Counted from the first letter of the stretch, positions 50,813 through 62,600 are shown. The stretch is DNA of 64,000 nucleotides from Nostoc sp. DedSLP01 (GCA_034530875.2 JAVRCJ020000007.1:216827-280826); one strand, 5' to 3'. The notes: a model not told the origin generated them from the sequence alone. A program made the numbers and translations.

Positions 50813-51615
50813 GTGCGTATAAAAACAAAGAAATCTGTATCTAGATTAGTAGGAATTTGGACATTTCTTGTACTTTTAATATTTAAAGGAATTTTTCCTC
50901 AACCTGCTTATGCATTCCTATCATCGCTAGACGCTTGCGCTGCTAATCCTGAATGTGCTGCTGTTGTAGGTTCTGAAGTAGCTCCGGCTGTTGCTGCTCC
51001 TTCGTCTGCTGGTGTTGGTGCGTCAACTCTTAGCACTACCACAGCCGCCGGAACAACTACTTTTTCACTTGGGTTGGAAGACCTGATTTTGATTTTGATA
51101 AAGATGGAACCCCTGATTCTGCTGACCCACAGCCGCAAAATCCCAACGTTCCAATAGCAAGTAGCGACCCACCAGAACCGCCACCAGAAAATGCGCCCGA
51201 ACCATACGTAAATAATAATCCCAGAGCAACCCCTGATGAAGTGAGGGTTGGTGAGTTTTTAGATGAAGAAGCGCAAGCTGGCAGACTTCCAAGAACAGCT
51301 AGGGTGGAAGGTGCAGCCGAAATATCTCGTACAAGAAGTGGAGACTATCGCTTCGTTGAACCAGACAGTAACCAAAGATCAGGTGATTTGCTACAGCCTG
51401 AAAGTGCTAGTACTCGTAGCATTGAGACAAAGATTATGGACAAAGGCAATCAAGCTGAGATTGTAGTGGTTGAATTAGGTTTAGGAGAGAGCGGTCTGCT
51501 TGGAGTTGACGAAGCTAGAACCATAGCTGAAAATGTCCTCAACACCCCAGACCACGGAGTCAACCGAGTTATTTTCATCAAAAATGGTCAAATTATTCTC
51601 GATTATTCCCGCTAG
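50813..51615 (+). pseudogene. Secreted polymorphic-toxin-like gene with CdiA-CT-like PD-(D/E)xK nuclease tip, split by a frameshift near 51061
   Basis: Frame 2: signal peptide ending AYA. Frame 1 from ~51061: FFTWVGRPDFDFDKDGTPDS, Pro-rich linker, SGDYRF...GDLLQP...IMDKGNQAEIVVVEL. Confidence 0.65.
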
Positions 51616-51626
51616 GAGGAATTTCC

Positions 51627-51989
51627 ATGCCTAAGATCAGATGTTTATGTGATGAAGTTATCAATTTATCCGTGATTCCAAATAAGCAAGAGTTTAAGCT
51701 TATTTGGGAACCACTAATTGAAAAACTTATTGGCTCTTTGGTAAATGCACATCGACAAGCTAAATCTGATGAAGAATTTGAAAAGCAAGCCTATGACCTT
51801 TTTTATCTAAAAAAACCAAAATTTATTCAAGTTTATGAATGCCCTAATTGTGGACGAATAATTGTATTTGGCAGTGCATCTGATGCCAAGCCTGCATTCT
51901 GGTTTCAGCGAGAAATTGTAGAGGGAGAAGCAAATTCACTGCGTTCTTTAGTTGAAAAAATAATCGATAATAAGGCTGATGCAACTTGA
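51627..51989 (+). CDS. Putative immunity protein, copy 1 (CxC...CxxC)
   Basis: AGGAGG RBS overlapping the toxin stop; CLC and YECPNC motifs. Confidence 0.7.
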   Translation: MPKIRCLCDEVINLSVIPNKQEFKLIWEPLIEKLIGSLVNAHRQAKSDEEFEKQAYDLFYLKKPKFIQVYECPNCGRIIVFGSASDAKPAFWFQREIVEGEANSLRSLVEKIIDNKADAT

Positions 51990-51999
51990 TAAAATTCTT

Positions 52000-52368
52000 A
52001 TGCCCAAAATTAGTTGTTTATGCGGTGAAATCATTAACTTATCCCCAATTCCAAATAGGCAAGGTTTTAATCTTGTGTGGGAACCGTTAATTGAAAAATT
52101 AGCCGATAATTTAGTAACTGCATATCAGCAAGCTGAATCTAATGAAGAGTTTGAAAAACAAGTCTATAAACTTTTAATTCCTACAAGACCAAAGCCAGAA
52201 TTTCCACAAGTTTATGAATGTTCTCACTGTAAAAGACTAGCTGTGTTAGCACGCGCTTCCGATCGTGAAATTACGTTTTGGTATCAGCAAGAGCGGGCAA
52301 ACACAGATGCAGATTCATTGCGTTCCTTAGTTGAAAAAACAATAGATAATCAAGTTCCAGAAGCTTGA
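52000..52368 (+). CDS. Putative immunity protein, copy 2
   Basis: Paralog of copy 1; true start MPKISCLC at 52000. Confidence 0.7.
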   Translation: MPKISCLCGEIINLSPIPNRQGFNLVWEPLIEKLADNLVTAYQQAESNEEFEKQVYKLLIPTRPKPEFPQVYECSHCKRLAVLARASDREITFWYQQERANTDADSLRSLVEKTIDNQVPEA

Positions 52369-52570
52369 TTATCTAGCTTTGGTTAGAGGTAATCGGAGCT
52401 TGTCGATTACCTCTGGCTACTCACGATAAAGTATATCAAGCAATATCAAGCTACAAAAATTGAACATCAAAAATTTTTTCTGTACTAATGGTTTTAATGA
52501 CTATTAATAAAAAGATTAAGTAGATAGTTATTGCTATTGTTGTTTATTACTCTCATTCCCAAAGATTGTT

Positions 52571-52924
52571 ATGCCCAAAATCAGATGTTTATGTGGTGAA
52601 AGTATTAACTTTTCTGTAATTCCAAATCCGCAAGGTTTTAAGCTTGTTTGGGAACCGCTAATTGACAAACTAGCTGAGAATTTAGTCGCTGCACATCAGC
52701 AAGCTGAATCTCATGAAGATTTTGAAAAACAAGTCTATAAACTTTTATATCCAAGGAAACCAGAGCCGCCATTTTTGCAAGTTTATGAGTGTTCTAATTG
52801 TAAACGGTTGGTTGTGTTTGCTCGTGCTTCCGATAACATACCTGCATTCTGGTTCCAGCAAGAACGGTTAAATACAGATGCAGATTCATTGCGTTCCTTA
52901 GTTGAGAAAACAATAGATAATTAG
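52571..52924 (+). CDS. Putative immunity protein, copy 3
   Basis: Paralog; MPKIRCLC...YECSNC...SLRSLVEK. Confidence 0.7.
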   Translation: MPKIRCLCGESINFSVIPNPQGFKLVWEPLIDKLAENLVAAHQQAESHEDFEKQVYKLLYPRKPEPPFLQVYECSNCKRLVVFARASDNIPAFWFQQERLNTDADSLRSLVEKTIDN

Positions 52925-52991
52925 TCTGTTGAGACTTGGCATCTGAACTCTAGCTAGAGGTAATTCTAGCTACTTAGTTAATAAAATTAAA

Positions 52992-53068
52992 GTAGGGTAC
53001 GTTGTTGTGCAGCGTAACGCACGTGAAATTAATGAAGGTGCGTTAGCCTACGGCATAACACACCCTAC
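52992..53068. repeat. REP/BIME-like paired palindromes (GTAGGGT(G/A)CGTT...TAACGCACC family)
   Basis: Related copies at ~16742-16796 and ~30251-30306. Confidence 0.6.
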
Positions 53069-53139
53069 TACTGGAATTTGATTTTCACTTTATCAACAAT
53101 GTGCAAGCTGAGTACACACTATCCTAAATCTTCTAAATT

Positions 53140-53802
53140 TTAGGAATGGAAAGGGCAACCACCACTGGTTAATTTTTGCAGAAAAACATTGTTATCAAAA
53201 TAATGCTCTAAAGACTCAATTTTCAAATCATCAGTGACGCGAGCAATACTAACTCCTACGATTTCTACTGTTTCGCCAGTAGGCGCATAATCTTTATAAG
53301 AACCGCTAAATGTTCCCCAATGTCGCCACTTAAAGGTAACAGTAGGCGGGCCCGAAAGTACTTCTGCTAATTCCCAAAAAAAGCCATTGGGAAAGGCTGT
53401 ATGAAATAGGTCAAAGGAAGATTCAAAGGTTTCGGATTTGGAGCTATACTGCTCGCTTTCACCCAAAAATAAGTTATAAGTACCTTCTTGTGCAACTTCT
53501 TGAGCAGTGTATTGTTCGCCGCCATTGGTACTCATTTTAAATTTATCAGTAACAATGGAAATCCACTGTTGGGGATTAGATTTATGAGAAGCTTCCATTT
53601 CAAAAGTGCGGACTAAATTTTCAGCGATCGCTTCTAAAGAACCTCCAGGATGGTGATATTTTTTCTCTCGTTCGAGAATTTCATTGCTTAGCGAATAATC
53701 TGGACGTTTCCCTTCTCGCCACTGTACTTGTTCATCATTAGCAATGACTATATCTCTATCTTGTACCCAAAGCGGTAATTGTGTAGTTTTCTCGCTAACC
53801 AT
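53140..53802 (-). CDS. SnoaL/NTF2-like protein of the plant 'pathogen-related protein' type
   Basis: WREGKRPDY, LVRTFEMEASHK, FPNGFFWE, SGPPTVTFKWRHWG, PTGETVE. Confidence 0.8.
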   Translation of the reverse strand: MVSEKTTQLPLWVQDRDIVIANDEQVQWREGKRPDYSLSNEILEREKKYHHPGGSLEAIAENLVRTFEMEASHKSNPQQWISIVTDKFKMSTNGGEQYTAQEVAQEGTYNLFLGESEQYSSKSETFESSFDLFHTAFPNGFFWELAEVLSGPPTVTFKWRHWGTFSGSYKDYAPTGETVEIVGVSIARVTDDLKIESLEHYFDNNVFLQKLTSGGCPFHS

Positions 53803-53965
53803 ACAAGTTGATTGATTATAAACATCGTTTTTCAGAATAAAAGCTTCTGAATATTACGTAACTGACAAAATATAAAAAGCCAAAAATATTCATACTTAAC
53901 TAAATATACTTAACTTTTTGCAAAAATTACGAATACGTACAAAAGCAACTGAACCGCAAATGAAA

Positions 53966-53991
53966 TAGGGTAGCACAGCGGTGCTACCCTA
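53966..53991 (-). terminator. Intrinsic terminator of leuA
   Basis: tagggtagcac-agcg-gtgctacccta perfect stem; U-rich tails on both strands. Confidence 0.8.
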
Positions 53992-54033
53992 GTTTTGCTT
54001 CTAAATTAACTGCAAATCAAAACAGAAATGTTT

Positions 54034-55638
54034 TTAGACTTTCTGTGCAGATACGCCTTCTGATTTTTCTTGACTTTGCAATGCTGCGTACAATCTATTG
54101 AGGGCGTTTACATAAGCTTGCGCTGATGCCACGATGATATCTGTATTCGCCGCATGACCGGAAAAGACTCTCGATTCATAACGCAAACGAATTGTCACTT
54201 CGCCAATAGCATCAATACCTGCTGTGACTGATTGCACAGAAAACTCAATCAATTGGTTGGGTACATTCACCACGCGGTTGATTGCTTTGTAAACTGCATC
54301 TACCGGCCCGGTACCAATTGCAGCATCAGTTAATTCTTCACCTTCCGGGGTACGTAAAGTAACTGTAGCGGTGGGACGGGCGTTGCTACCGCAGGAAACT
54401 TGCACTAATTCTACCCGGAATAAATCGGGTGCTTGTTGGATTTCGTCGTTAACGATCGCTTCTAAGTCGCGATCGGATATTTCTTTCTTTTTATCTGCGA
54501 CTTCTTTGAATCTAACGAATGCTTTATTTAATTCGCTATCCGATAATTCAAAACCCAATTCTTTTAACCGGGTGCGAAAAGCATTTCTGCCTGAATGTTT
54601 GCCCAAAACTATTTGATTGTCTGTCAAGCCAATCAATTGGGCATCCATGATTTCGTAGGTGAGTTTATTTTTTAATACCCCATCTTGGTGAATGCCAGAT
54701 TCATGGGCAAAGGCATTTGCCCCGACGATCGCTTTATTTGGTTGCACTAGCATTCCTGTCAAATTAGAAACCAAACGTGAGGTGCGATAAATCTCACGGG
54801 TGTCAATATTCGTCAGGGGTTCTTGAGATTCTTCCGCCCTTCCCAAATATGGATTAAAATATTGCCGCCGCACGTGTAACGCCATTACTAATTCTTCTAA
54901 TGAGGCATTTCCTGCACGTTCGCCAATGCCATTAATCGTACATTCTAGTTGGCGCGCGCCATTTTTTACGGCTTCTAAAAAGTTAGCAACTGCCAAGCCT
55001 AAATCGTTATGACCGTGAACGGAAATAATCGCTTGGTCGATGTTGGGAACGTTTTCTTTAATGCCTTTAATGATGGCTCCAAATTCGCTAGGTGTGGTGT
55101 AACCTACTGTATCGGGAATGTTAATTGTCGTTGCACCAGCTCTAATTGCTGCTTCTAATACTTGATACAAATATTCCGGATCGGAACGGGCTGCATCCAT
55201 TGGCGAAAATTCGACATCTGCCATGAAGGATTTAGCATAAGCTACCATTTCTTCGGCGATCGCTAATACTTCTGCCCTTGTCTTTCGCAGTTGATATTCT
55301 AAGTGAATATCTGATGTCGAAATAAAGGTGTGAATTCTACCTTTTGCTGCTGGTTTTAATGCTTCGGCAGCTGCTTTAATATCTGCTTTAATCGCCCTTG
55401 CCAAACTACAAATTACAGGCCCATTTTCTGTGCCGACAATTTCGGCAATCTTAGTAACTGCTTCAAAATCTCCGGGACTGGCAAAGGCAAACCCCGCCTC
55501 AATGATATCTACGCCTAGCCTTGCCAATTGCTTAGCGATGGTTAATTTTTCGTCTATATTCAGCGTTGCTCCAGGGCACTGCTCTCCATCTCGCAGTGTA
55601 GTATCAAAAATTAAGATTCGATCGGTTTGAGTTGTCAT
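54034..55638 (-). CDS. leuA: 2-isopropylmalate synthase
   Basis: [35 protein letters not shown]-terminal regulatory domain with GTGPVDA. Confidence 0.97.
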   Translation of the reverse strand: MTTQTDRILIFDTTLRDGEQCPGATLNIDEKLTIAKQLARLGVDIIEAGFAFASPGDFEAVTKIAEIVGTENGPVICSLARAIKADIKAAAEALKPAAKGRIHTFISTSDIHLEYQLRKTRAEVLAIAEEMVAYAKSFMADVEFSPMDAARSDPEYLYQVLEAAIRAGATTINIPDTVGYTTPSEFGAIIKGIKENVPNIDQAIISVHGHNDLGLAVANFLEAVKNGARQLECTINGIGERAGNASLEELVMALHVRRQYFNPYLGRAEESQEPLTNIDTREIYRTSRLVSNLTGMLVQPNKAIVGANAFAHESGIHQDGVLKNKLTYEIMDAQLIGLTDNQIVLGKHSGRNAFRTRLKELGFELSDSELNKAFVRFKEVADKKKEISDRDLEAIVNDEIQQAPDLFRVELVQVSCGSNARPTATVTLRTPEGEELTDAAIGTGPVDAVYKAINRVVNVPNQLIEFSVQSVTAGIDAIGEVTIRLRYESRVFSGHAANTDIIVASAQAYVNALNRLYAALQSQEKSEGVSAQKV

Positions 55639-55705
55639 TTCCAGTTTCTTGTTTAGTTTTAACTTTTGGGTCAAAATATAAGAATTCACAAAGTCAGGAC
55701 TCAGA

Positions 55706-55731
55706 ATGGGCTACGCCCCGCTGCGCTAACA
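55706..55731. repeat. Small dispersed repeat upstream of leuA
   Basis: aatgggctacgccccgctgcgctaac; shares the gggctacgc core with the SDR5-like inserts. Confidence 0.55.
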
Positions 55732-55895
55732 GAATGATTGTCAAAACATGGTTTTCATAACTTGTTAATTTTCTTCAAATTATTAAGCTTAGGTTTCAAA
55801 CTGTTCTCAATTCTGGATTCTGAATTCTTACGTCAAAATATCTTCAAACTTAGTTTTTCTTTTACTCGTACCTTTGTAAATAATTGTTAAATATA

Positions 55896-56417
55896 TTAAG
55901 CATCTGTTTTTTCTATTTGATCTCTGATATCATTTAAATCTATATATCTATCCGTAGCGTTCCGGAGTTCTCGAGCAATCATTCCTTCTGTTGATACTAC
56001 TGTAATATGTGTATTTTTAGAACGTAATAGTTCGATTGCTCTTTCAAAATCTCCATCACCACTAAATAATACCACTCGATCGTACTGATCTACTGTATTA
56101 AACATATCTACAACAATTTCAATATCTAAATTTGCTTTTTGTGAGTAACGACCAGAAGTATCATCATAGTATTCTTTAAGAATTTTAGTTCGCACTGTAT
56201 ATCCCAGACTAATTAGAGCATCTCTAAAACCTCGTTGATCTTGTGGGTCTTTTAAGCCAGTGTACCAGAATGCATTGATTAATGTTGTTTCTGACTGCTC
56301 ATGTTTGAAGTATTCTAAGACTCGTCGGGGGTCAAAAAACCACCCATTTTTTTGTTGAGCATAGAACATATTGTTTCCGTCTACAAAAATAGACAGACGA
56401 TTCATTGGAGAACCCAT
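55896..56417 (-). CDS. labA: LabA / NYN (DUF88) domain protein
   Basis: IFVDGNNMFYAQQKNGWFFDPR, QKANLDIEI, FSGDGDF. Confidence 0.9.
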   Translation of the reverse strand: MGSPMNRLSIFVDGNNMFYAQQKNGWFFDPRRVLEYFKHEQSETTLINAFWYTGLKDPQDQRGFRDALISLGYTVRTKILKEYYDDTSGRYSQKANLDIEIVVDMFNTVDQYDRVVLFSGDGDFERAIELLRSKNTHITVVSTEGMIARELRNATDRYIDLNDIRDQIEKTDA

Positions 56418-57160
56418 ACAAATTTACACCTAATAATATAAATGAATTTAGATGGAACAATAGATTATAGCAATTTTCAAATGTCTTGTTTGCTAATATC
56501 TATAAAGTAGTACTTCATCGTATAGCTTTGATGCTAGGTCTTTCAAGGCATTAAAACCGCCGCAAGATTCGAGTTGAGATCGTGGGTGCTAAACCTCATT
56601 CACCTCCGGTACTACAAGAGCCACCCTGTAATCAAAATCTACCAATAAAATTGACCCGGTAACAGTATTCATAGCTGTATAACACTAAAGTTTACTCCCA
56701 AAGAGGTATGGCATAAGCTCAAAAGAGAATATAATTTCATGCCTATCTATAAGTAAAGCTTTGGCGATCGCGACAGACTTTGTGGAGAATAGCAATATTT
56801 TGCCTAAAGATAGAAGACTTACTTAGAACAGCTTCTGGGAAATTACCCAGTGAAGGATGCACATTTGGTTAAGTTAGAGTAAAATTTTGCAATAAACAAG
56901 TGCAAAGCCTGAGTATATTCGCTGCGATCTGTGGGAGAATCACTAATTGTAACTCTCTCAACACAGAAGCAAGAAGTTAGGTAGTACCTGAGAAATAATT
57001 TCTTGGGGCTGGCTTTGCAATACAAAAGTTTCTTGATGAATAAAAGTTACTTTACAAATGTATAAGATTAGCATTTTTAAGTCTTATTTCAATGTGGTTG
57101 TAGTTATAAGGAGGTCTAAATAAATAAAAATGTTGGACTTAAATCAATCAGTAACACAAT

Positions 57161-59518
57161 ATGGCAGAAGAATCTACATCTACCTTAACCAAAAATAGTG
57201 TCTCTGCTGCCAATAGAATCTCAACTAAACCGACAAAAGTCACCTCTACAACGGCGGCGGTACGTCAGTCTAAGTGGATAGTTCGCTTAGGTCATCTACT
57301 GGCTGGAACTTGGGCAATGGGGGCAGCACTATTAACTGCTTCTAATTTGGATTTAGCTAATTCGATGGAAAATCAGGCACTTTCGCACTTTTTTCAAGTG
57401 CGCGGAGCGATTGTGCCTCCAGAAGACATCATAATTTTAGCAATAGACGATCAATCAATCTCAGTCCCCGAACAGTACTATAAAACAAATCCGCAACAAT
57501 ACGCCTACCTAGAACCACTGAAATCTTTTCCTTACAAACGGGCTGCTTATGCTCAGGTAATTACAAAATTAATGAAAGCAGGGGTGCGGGCTGTAGCTAT
57601 AGGTCTTGTTTTTGATACACCGAGTAGCTACGGCCCTAGCGACGATCGCCAACTGCAAGCAGCATTAAAAAAATATGGCAGTAAAGTTACCTTAGCGGCA
57701 CTGTACGAAAATTTTCAGACGCATCAAGGCTCGTTTATGCAACTAACAGAGCCACAACAGATGTTTAACACGGGGTCAGTATTTATTGGCTCGGTTAATT
57801 TTCCTGTGGAGGTTGATGGTAAGGTTCATCGATTAGCAAGTGAGTTTCCCAAGCTGTTAGGTGAAGATAATTTATTTACTAAGAAGCTACCGTCATTTGA
57901 TGAAGCAGTACTGTTAGCAGCAAAAGTAAAGTATCCCCGGCTAAAAGGCGATCGCATTCATTTTTGGGGGCCTCCAGATACATTCGAGCAAATACCATTT
58001 TGGCACGTACTCGACCCGGAAAACTGGAACACTTATTTACAGCGGGGAAAAGTTTTCAAAGACAAGATAGTTTTGATTGGTTCAACAGATAACTTAAATA
58101 ATGATTATTATCCAGTAGCAGCTAGTAAAAGTCCCGAACCGATGTCGGGGATAGAAATTCATGCCAATGCCATCGCAACTTTGATGACAGGTAAAGCGAT
58201 CGCTCAAGATATTTCAAATCCACCATTGCGTGGTTTGTTTGTGTTGATTTTAGTTGGCGGTACAGCCTTTATTCTCAGTAGAAGCAAGCACGGTATCAAT
58301 AGATTTTTGTATAGTTTGGTTTTATCTGGTAGTTGGTTAGTCATCAGTTATGGATTATTTATCCATGAGGGATTAATTTTTCCTACTACCGTACCAATGG
58401 TAGCGATCGCTTTTTGTGGACTGAGCTATTTGGGAACCTCAGTAGCTAGAGAAAACCTCAGAAAACGCCAATTAGTAGATATATTTCAAAAATATAAAAC
58501 TTCTCCCGTTGTCCAAGAGATTATCAGCCAACAAGATGACTTGCAAGAGCTAATCCGAGAACGAGACTTAGCTTTATCAGGTAAAATGTTGGCTCAACGC
58601 TACAAAATTGTCAAAGTTCTGGGTGCAGGTGGATTCAGCGAAACTTACATTGCCGAAGATACCCAACGTCCTGGTAACCCGCGATGTGTTGTCAAACAAC
58701 TAAAACCCAGCAACACCAAACCTGGAGGCTTGCAACTTGCCAGGCGCTTATTTCACTCAGAAGCGCAAACACTCGAAAAATTGGGAAATCATCGTCAAAT
58801 TCCCCAACTTTTAGCGTATTTTGAAGAAGATGAAGAATTTTATTTAGTACAAGAACACATCCTTGGTCATCCTCTGAGTAACGAACTGCCACCAGGCAGA
58901 ACAATTGATGAAATAGCAACAATTAAAATTATCAAAGACTTATTGCAAACATTAAAATTTGTCCATGAAAACAACGTGATTCATCGGGATATTAAACCTA
59001 GCAATATCATCCGGCGACATTCAGACGGTAAGCTCGTATTAATTGACTTTGGGGCAGTTAAAGAAGTCAGTGCCAAACAGCTAGAACCTCAAGAACAAAC
59101 TGCCTTCACTATTGGTATTGGAACTCAGGGTTACGCGCCAACCGAGCAATGCTTGGGACGTCCGCACTACACTAGCGATATCTATGCAGTGGGTATGGTT
59201 GGTATAAAAGCCTTAACTGGGATAACACCGCGCGACTTAGATAGAGATGCTGACGGACAAATTAAATGGAGCGATGGCGTCCAAGTAAGCAACTCCTTAG
59301 CTGAGATTCTCAATAAAATGGTACAAGATGACTTCAAAGCGCGATATCAGTCTGCATCCAAGGCACTTGAAGCTATTGAAGCACTTGAAACTGTTGAAAA
59401 TTTAGCAAATTCCCAAAACAGCTACCTCATATCACAAAATGAATCATCGATGAGTACTTTAGACGAATTAAACGCTCCTACAAAATCTTATCCCGAAACC
59501 TCGTCAGAAACGACTTGA
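57161..59518 (+). CDS. CHASE2-domain membrane Ser/Thr kinase
   Basis: IIILAIDD, DKIVLIG, MSGIEIHANAI, three TM helices, HRDIKPSN, DFG. Confidence 0.92.
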   Translation: MAEESTSTLTKNSVSAANRISTKPTKVTSTTAAVRQSKWIVRLGHLLAGTWAMGAALLTASNLDLANSMENQALSHFFQVRGAIVPPEDIIILAIDDQSISVPEQYYKTNPQQYAYLEPLKSFPYKRAAYAQVITKLMKAGVRAVAIGLVFDTPSSYGPSDDRQLQAALKKYGSKVTLAALYENFQTHQGSFMQLTEPQQMFNTGSVFIGSVNFPVEVDGKVHRLASEFPKLLGEDNLFTKKLPSFDEAVLLAAKVKYPRLKGDRIHFWGPPDTFEQIPFWHVLDPENWNTYLQRGKVFKDKIVLIGSTDNLNNDYYPVAASKSPEPMSGIEIHANAIATLMTGKAIAQDISNPPLRGLFVLILVGGTAFILSRSKHGINRFLYSLVLSGSWLVISYGLFIHEGLIFPTTVPMVAIAFCGLSYLGTSVARENLRKRQLVDIFQKYKTSPVVQEIISQQDDLQELIRERDLALSGKMLAQRYKIVKVLGAGGFSETYIAEDTQRPGNPRCVVKQLKPSNTKPGGLQLARRLFHSEAQTLEKLGNHRQIPQLLAYFEEDEEFYLVQEHILGHPLSNELPPGRTIDEIATIKIIKDLLQTLKFVHENNVIHRDIKPSNIIRRHSDGKLVLIDFGAVKEVSAKQLEPQEQTAFTIGIGTQGYAPTEQCLGRPHYTSDIYAVGMVGIKALTGITPRDLDRDADGQIKWSDGVQVSNSLAEILNKMVQDDFKARYQSASKALEAIEALETVENLANSQNSYLISQNESSMSTLDELNAPTKSYPETSSETT

Positions 59519-59522
59519 ACGA

Positions 59523-59572
59523 ATTTTAGATTTTAAATTTTGGATTTTGGATTGCAAAATCCAAAATCCAAG
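59523..59572. repeat. Inverted heptamer STRR (attttgg/ccaaaat) hairpin between convergent genes
   Basis: attttagattttaaattttggattttggattgcaaaatccaaaatccaa. Confidence 0.75.
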
Positions 59573-59632
59573 CAGGACTTACGCAAAGGATAACGAAAGT
59601 AGCCGTAATACCTTGTGGGAAGCTGCTGAGTG

Positions 59633-62600
59633 TTAGGCGATCGCAGTAATATTTGTACTAGCGAGCATTACTTGATTGGAGAATTGGGCGATTTGAACTT
59701 GTGCTGCACCACCAACTCCATCTTCATCAAAGAATAAATTACCCGTAGTTCGATCGTAGATGAAGCGATCGCCTGCTGTTGTCGCACTAGTCCCAAGTCG
59801 GAACAACCCAGAATCGAGTGTCGTATCTTGAGATTGGGTCAGTGCAAATTCCGCCTTAGAAATGAAGATAGTATCATCCCCAACAGTAAAATCAGTAATA
59901 GTATCATACCCACCAGTGCGGGTATCAGTCAGGTATAAACTATCTCGCCCAGTTCCACCAGTCAGGAAATCTCGACCAATTCCCCCGGTGAGTACATCGT
60001 CACCTGCATCGCCCAACAAGGTGTCATTGCCATTTCCACCATTTAAAGTGTCATTGCCAGAACCACCATTTAAGTAGTCATCGTCATCTCCACCATTTAA
60101 GGTATCACTACCAGAACCACTATTTAAGGTGTCATTACCAGAACCACCATCTAAGGTGTCACTACCAGAACCACTATCTAAGATGTCACGATCATCTCCA
60201 CCACTTAAATAGTCATCGTCATCTCCACCATTTAAAGTGTCATTGCCAGAACCACCATTTAAAGCGTCATTGTCAAAACCACCATTTAAGTAATCATTGT
60301 CATCTCCACCATTTAAAGTGTCATTGCCAGAACCACCATCTAAGCTGTCATTGCCAGAACCACCATCTAAGATGTCACGATCGTCTCCACCATTTAAAGC
60401 GTCATTGCCAGAACCACCATCTAAGCTGTCATTGCCAGAACCACCATCTAAGCTGTCATTACCAGAACCACCATCTAAGCTGTCATTACCAGAACCACCA
60501 TCTAAGCTGTCATTGCCATTTTCTCCTTTTAAGGTATTATTACCAATGTTTCCACTGATAACATTGTTTAAAGAATTACCAGTGCCATTGATGGACTCTG
60601 TTGCAATCAGGGTCAAATTCTCTAGATTAGCTCCCAACACCCAACTTACGGAAGATACGACTAAATCTTGACCTGCATTGAAATCTTCAATAATCGTATC
60701 GCCGATGCTGTCCACAATATAAGTGTCATTATTTACACCACCAACGAGAATATCATCTCCTGTACCACCATCTAAGGAATCATCTCCAGAACTGCCATTA
60801 AGGGTATCATTATCACCTAATCCTTTGAGGTTGTCATTACCGCCGAATCCGGAGATCAGATCTTCATTTTCTGTACCAGTTAGGTTGTTTGCACCGTCAG
60901 TGCCATTAATTACATTCAATCTTTTCACTACAAGTACAAAAACATCGCTGACAGTTGCTATTCCATCACTGGCAATAACTTTGATATTGAGGCGATCGAC
61001 GTTGTTATTAGCGGGAGTACCACTGAAGGTAGTGCCGTTAAAGGTCAACCAAGCAGGAAGCGGGTCACCATTTTCCAGGGTAGCGCTGTAAGTGAGGTTA
61101 CCTTTTACATCTACATCTGTGAAAGTATTTGCTGGTAAGGCGAACCTGAAGGTGTTATCTATGGGGGCTATTTGGTCGGCAATGGGGTTGGCAACAACTG
61201 GGTCATCGTTAACTGCCGTAATATTAATATTGCGGATAGCAGCGATACTATAAGCAGTACCATCATTAACGACAAAGCTGAAAGAACGAGTTGCGGTACT
61301 AGGGTTGTTACTGTTGTTGGTATAAGTAATGGATTGCAGTGCGGTTTGATAATCAGCAACAGTGGCAGTGCCAGTTAATTTTAAAACGCCTGTGCTACTG
61401 GTATAGCTGCCAGTAATTCCATTTTGGTTGCTGAAGGCGATAATATCTTGACCAGAGACGAAGCCATTGGTAATGCTGACGGTGGCACTAGAGAGGTTAG
61501 CGGAGTCTAAATCACTCAAGGAAATAGCAGAGTCAATAACTGTAGTAGTATTCTCGGTGTAGACTAAGCCAGAGCTAGTAGCAATAGCAACAGGCACATC
61601 ATTGACTGCCGTCAGATTAATATTGCGGATAGCAGCGATACTATTAGCAATACCATCATTGACGACAAAGCTAACTTGACGAGGTGTAATAGTGGGGTTG
61701 TCGCTGCTGTTGGTATAAGTAATCGAACGTAGTGCGGTTTGATAATCAGCAACAGTGGCAGTGCCAGTTAAGGTTAAGACACCTGTGCTGCTGTTATAGC
61801 TGCTGCTAATTCCATTTTGGTTAGTGAACTTAAGGATGTCTTCACTAGAGACAAAACCACTAGTAATGCTGATGGTGGCACCAAAGAGGTAGGGGGAGTC
61901 TGCATCAGTGAGGATAATGCCTGAGTCAATGGCTGTAGTGGCGTTTTCGCTGTATGCCACAGCAGAGCTGTTGACAGTAGCAATCGGTGGATTATTCACT
62001 GGCGTAGTATTAAGATTGCGAGTCACAGCAGTACTATTGGCAACCCCATCATTGACAACAAAGCTGATGGTACGAGATACACTACTAGGGTTGTCGCTGC
62101 TATTGCTATAAGTAACTGAACGTAGTGCAGTTTGATAATCAGCAACAGTGGCAGTGCCAGTTAAGGTTAAGACGCCTGTGCTGCTGTTATAGCTGCTGCT
62201 AATTCCATTTTGATTAGTGAAGTTGAGGGTGTCTTGAGTAGAGACGAAACCACTAGCAATCTTCACAGTGGCACTAGCTAAGTTAGCCGAGTCTACATCG
62301 CTGAGGATAATGCCTGAGTCAATGGCTGTAGCGGCGTTCTTGGTGGTGTATGCCAAAGCAGATTTCGTGACAGTAGCAATGGGCGCATCATTGATTGCTG
62401 TAATATTCAGATTGCGGGTAGCAGTGATACTATTGGCAACCCCATCATTGACAACAAAGCTGATGGTACGAGTTGCAGTACTGGGGTTGTCGCTGCTGTT
62501 GGTATAAGTAATTGAACGGAGTGCAGTTTGATACTCAGCAACTGAGGCATTGCCTGTTAAGGTTAAGACACCTGTGCTGCTGTTGTAGCTGCTGCTAATT

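Noticed and set aside
56420..57160. ncRNA or riboswitch in the long labA-kinase intergenic region (also 12640-13597)
   Set aside because: No recognisable family motif by eye. An Rfam/Infernal scan would be needed.
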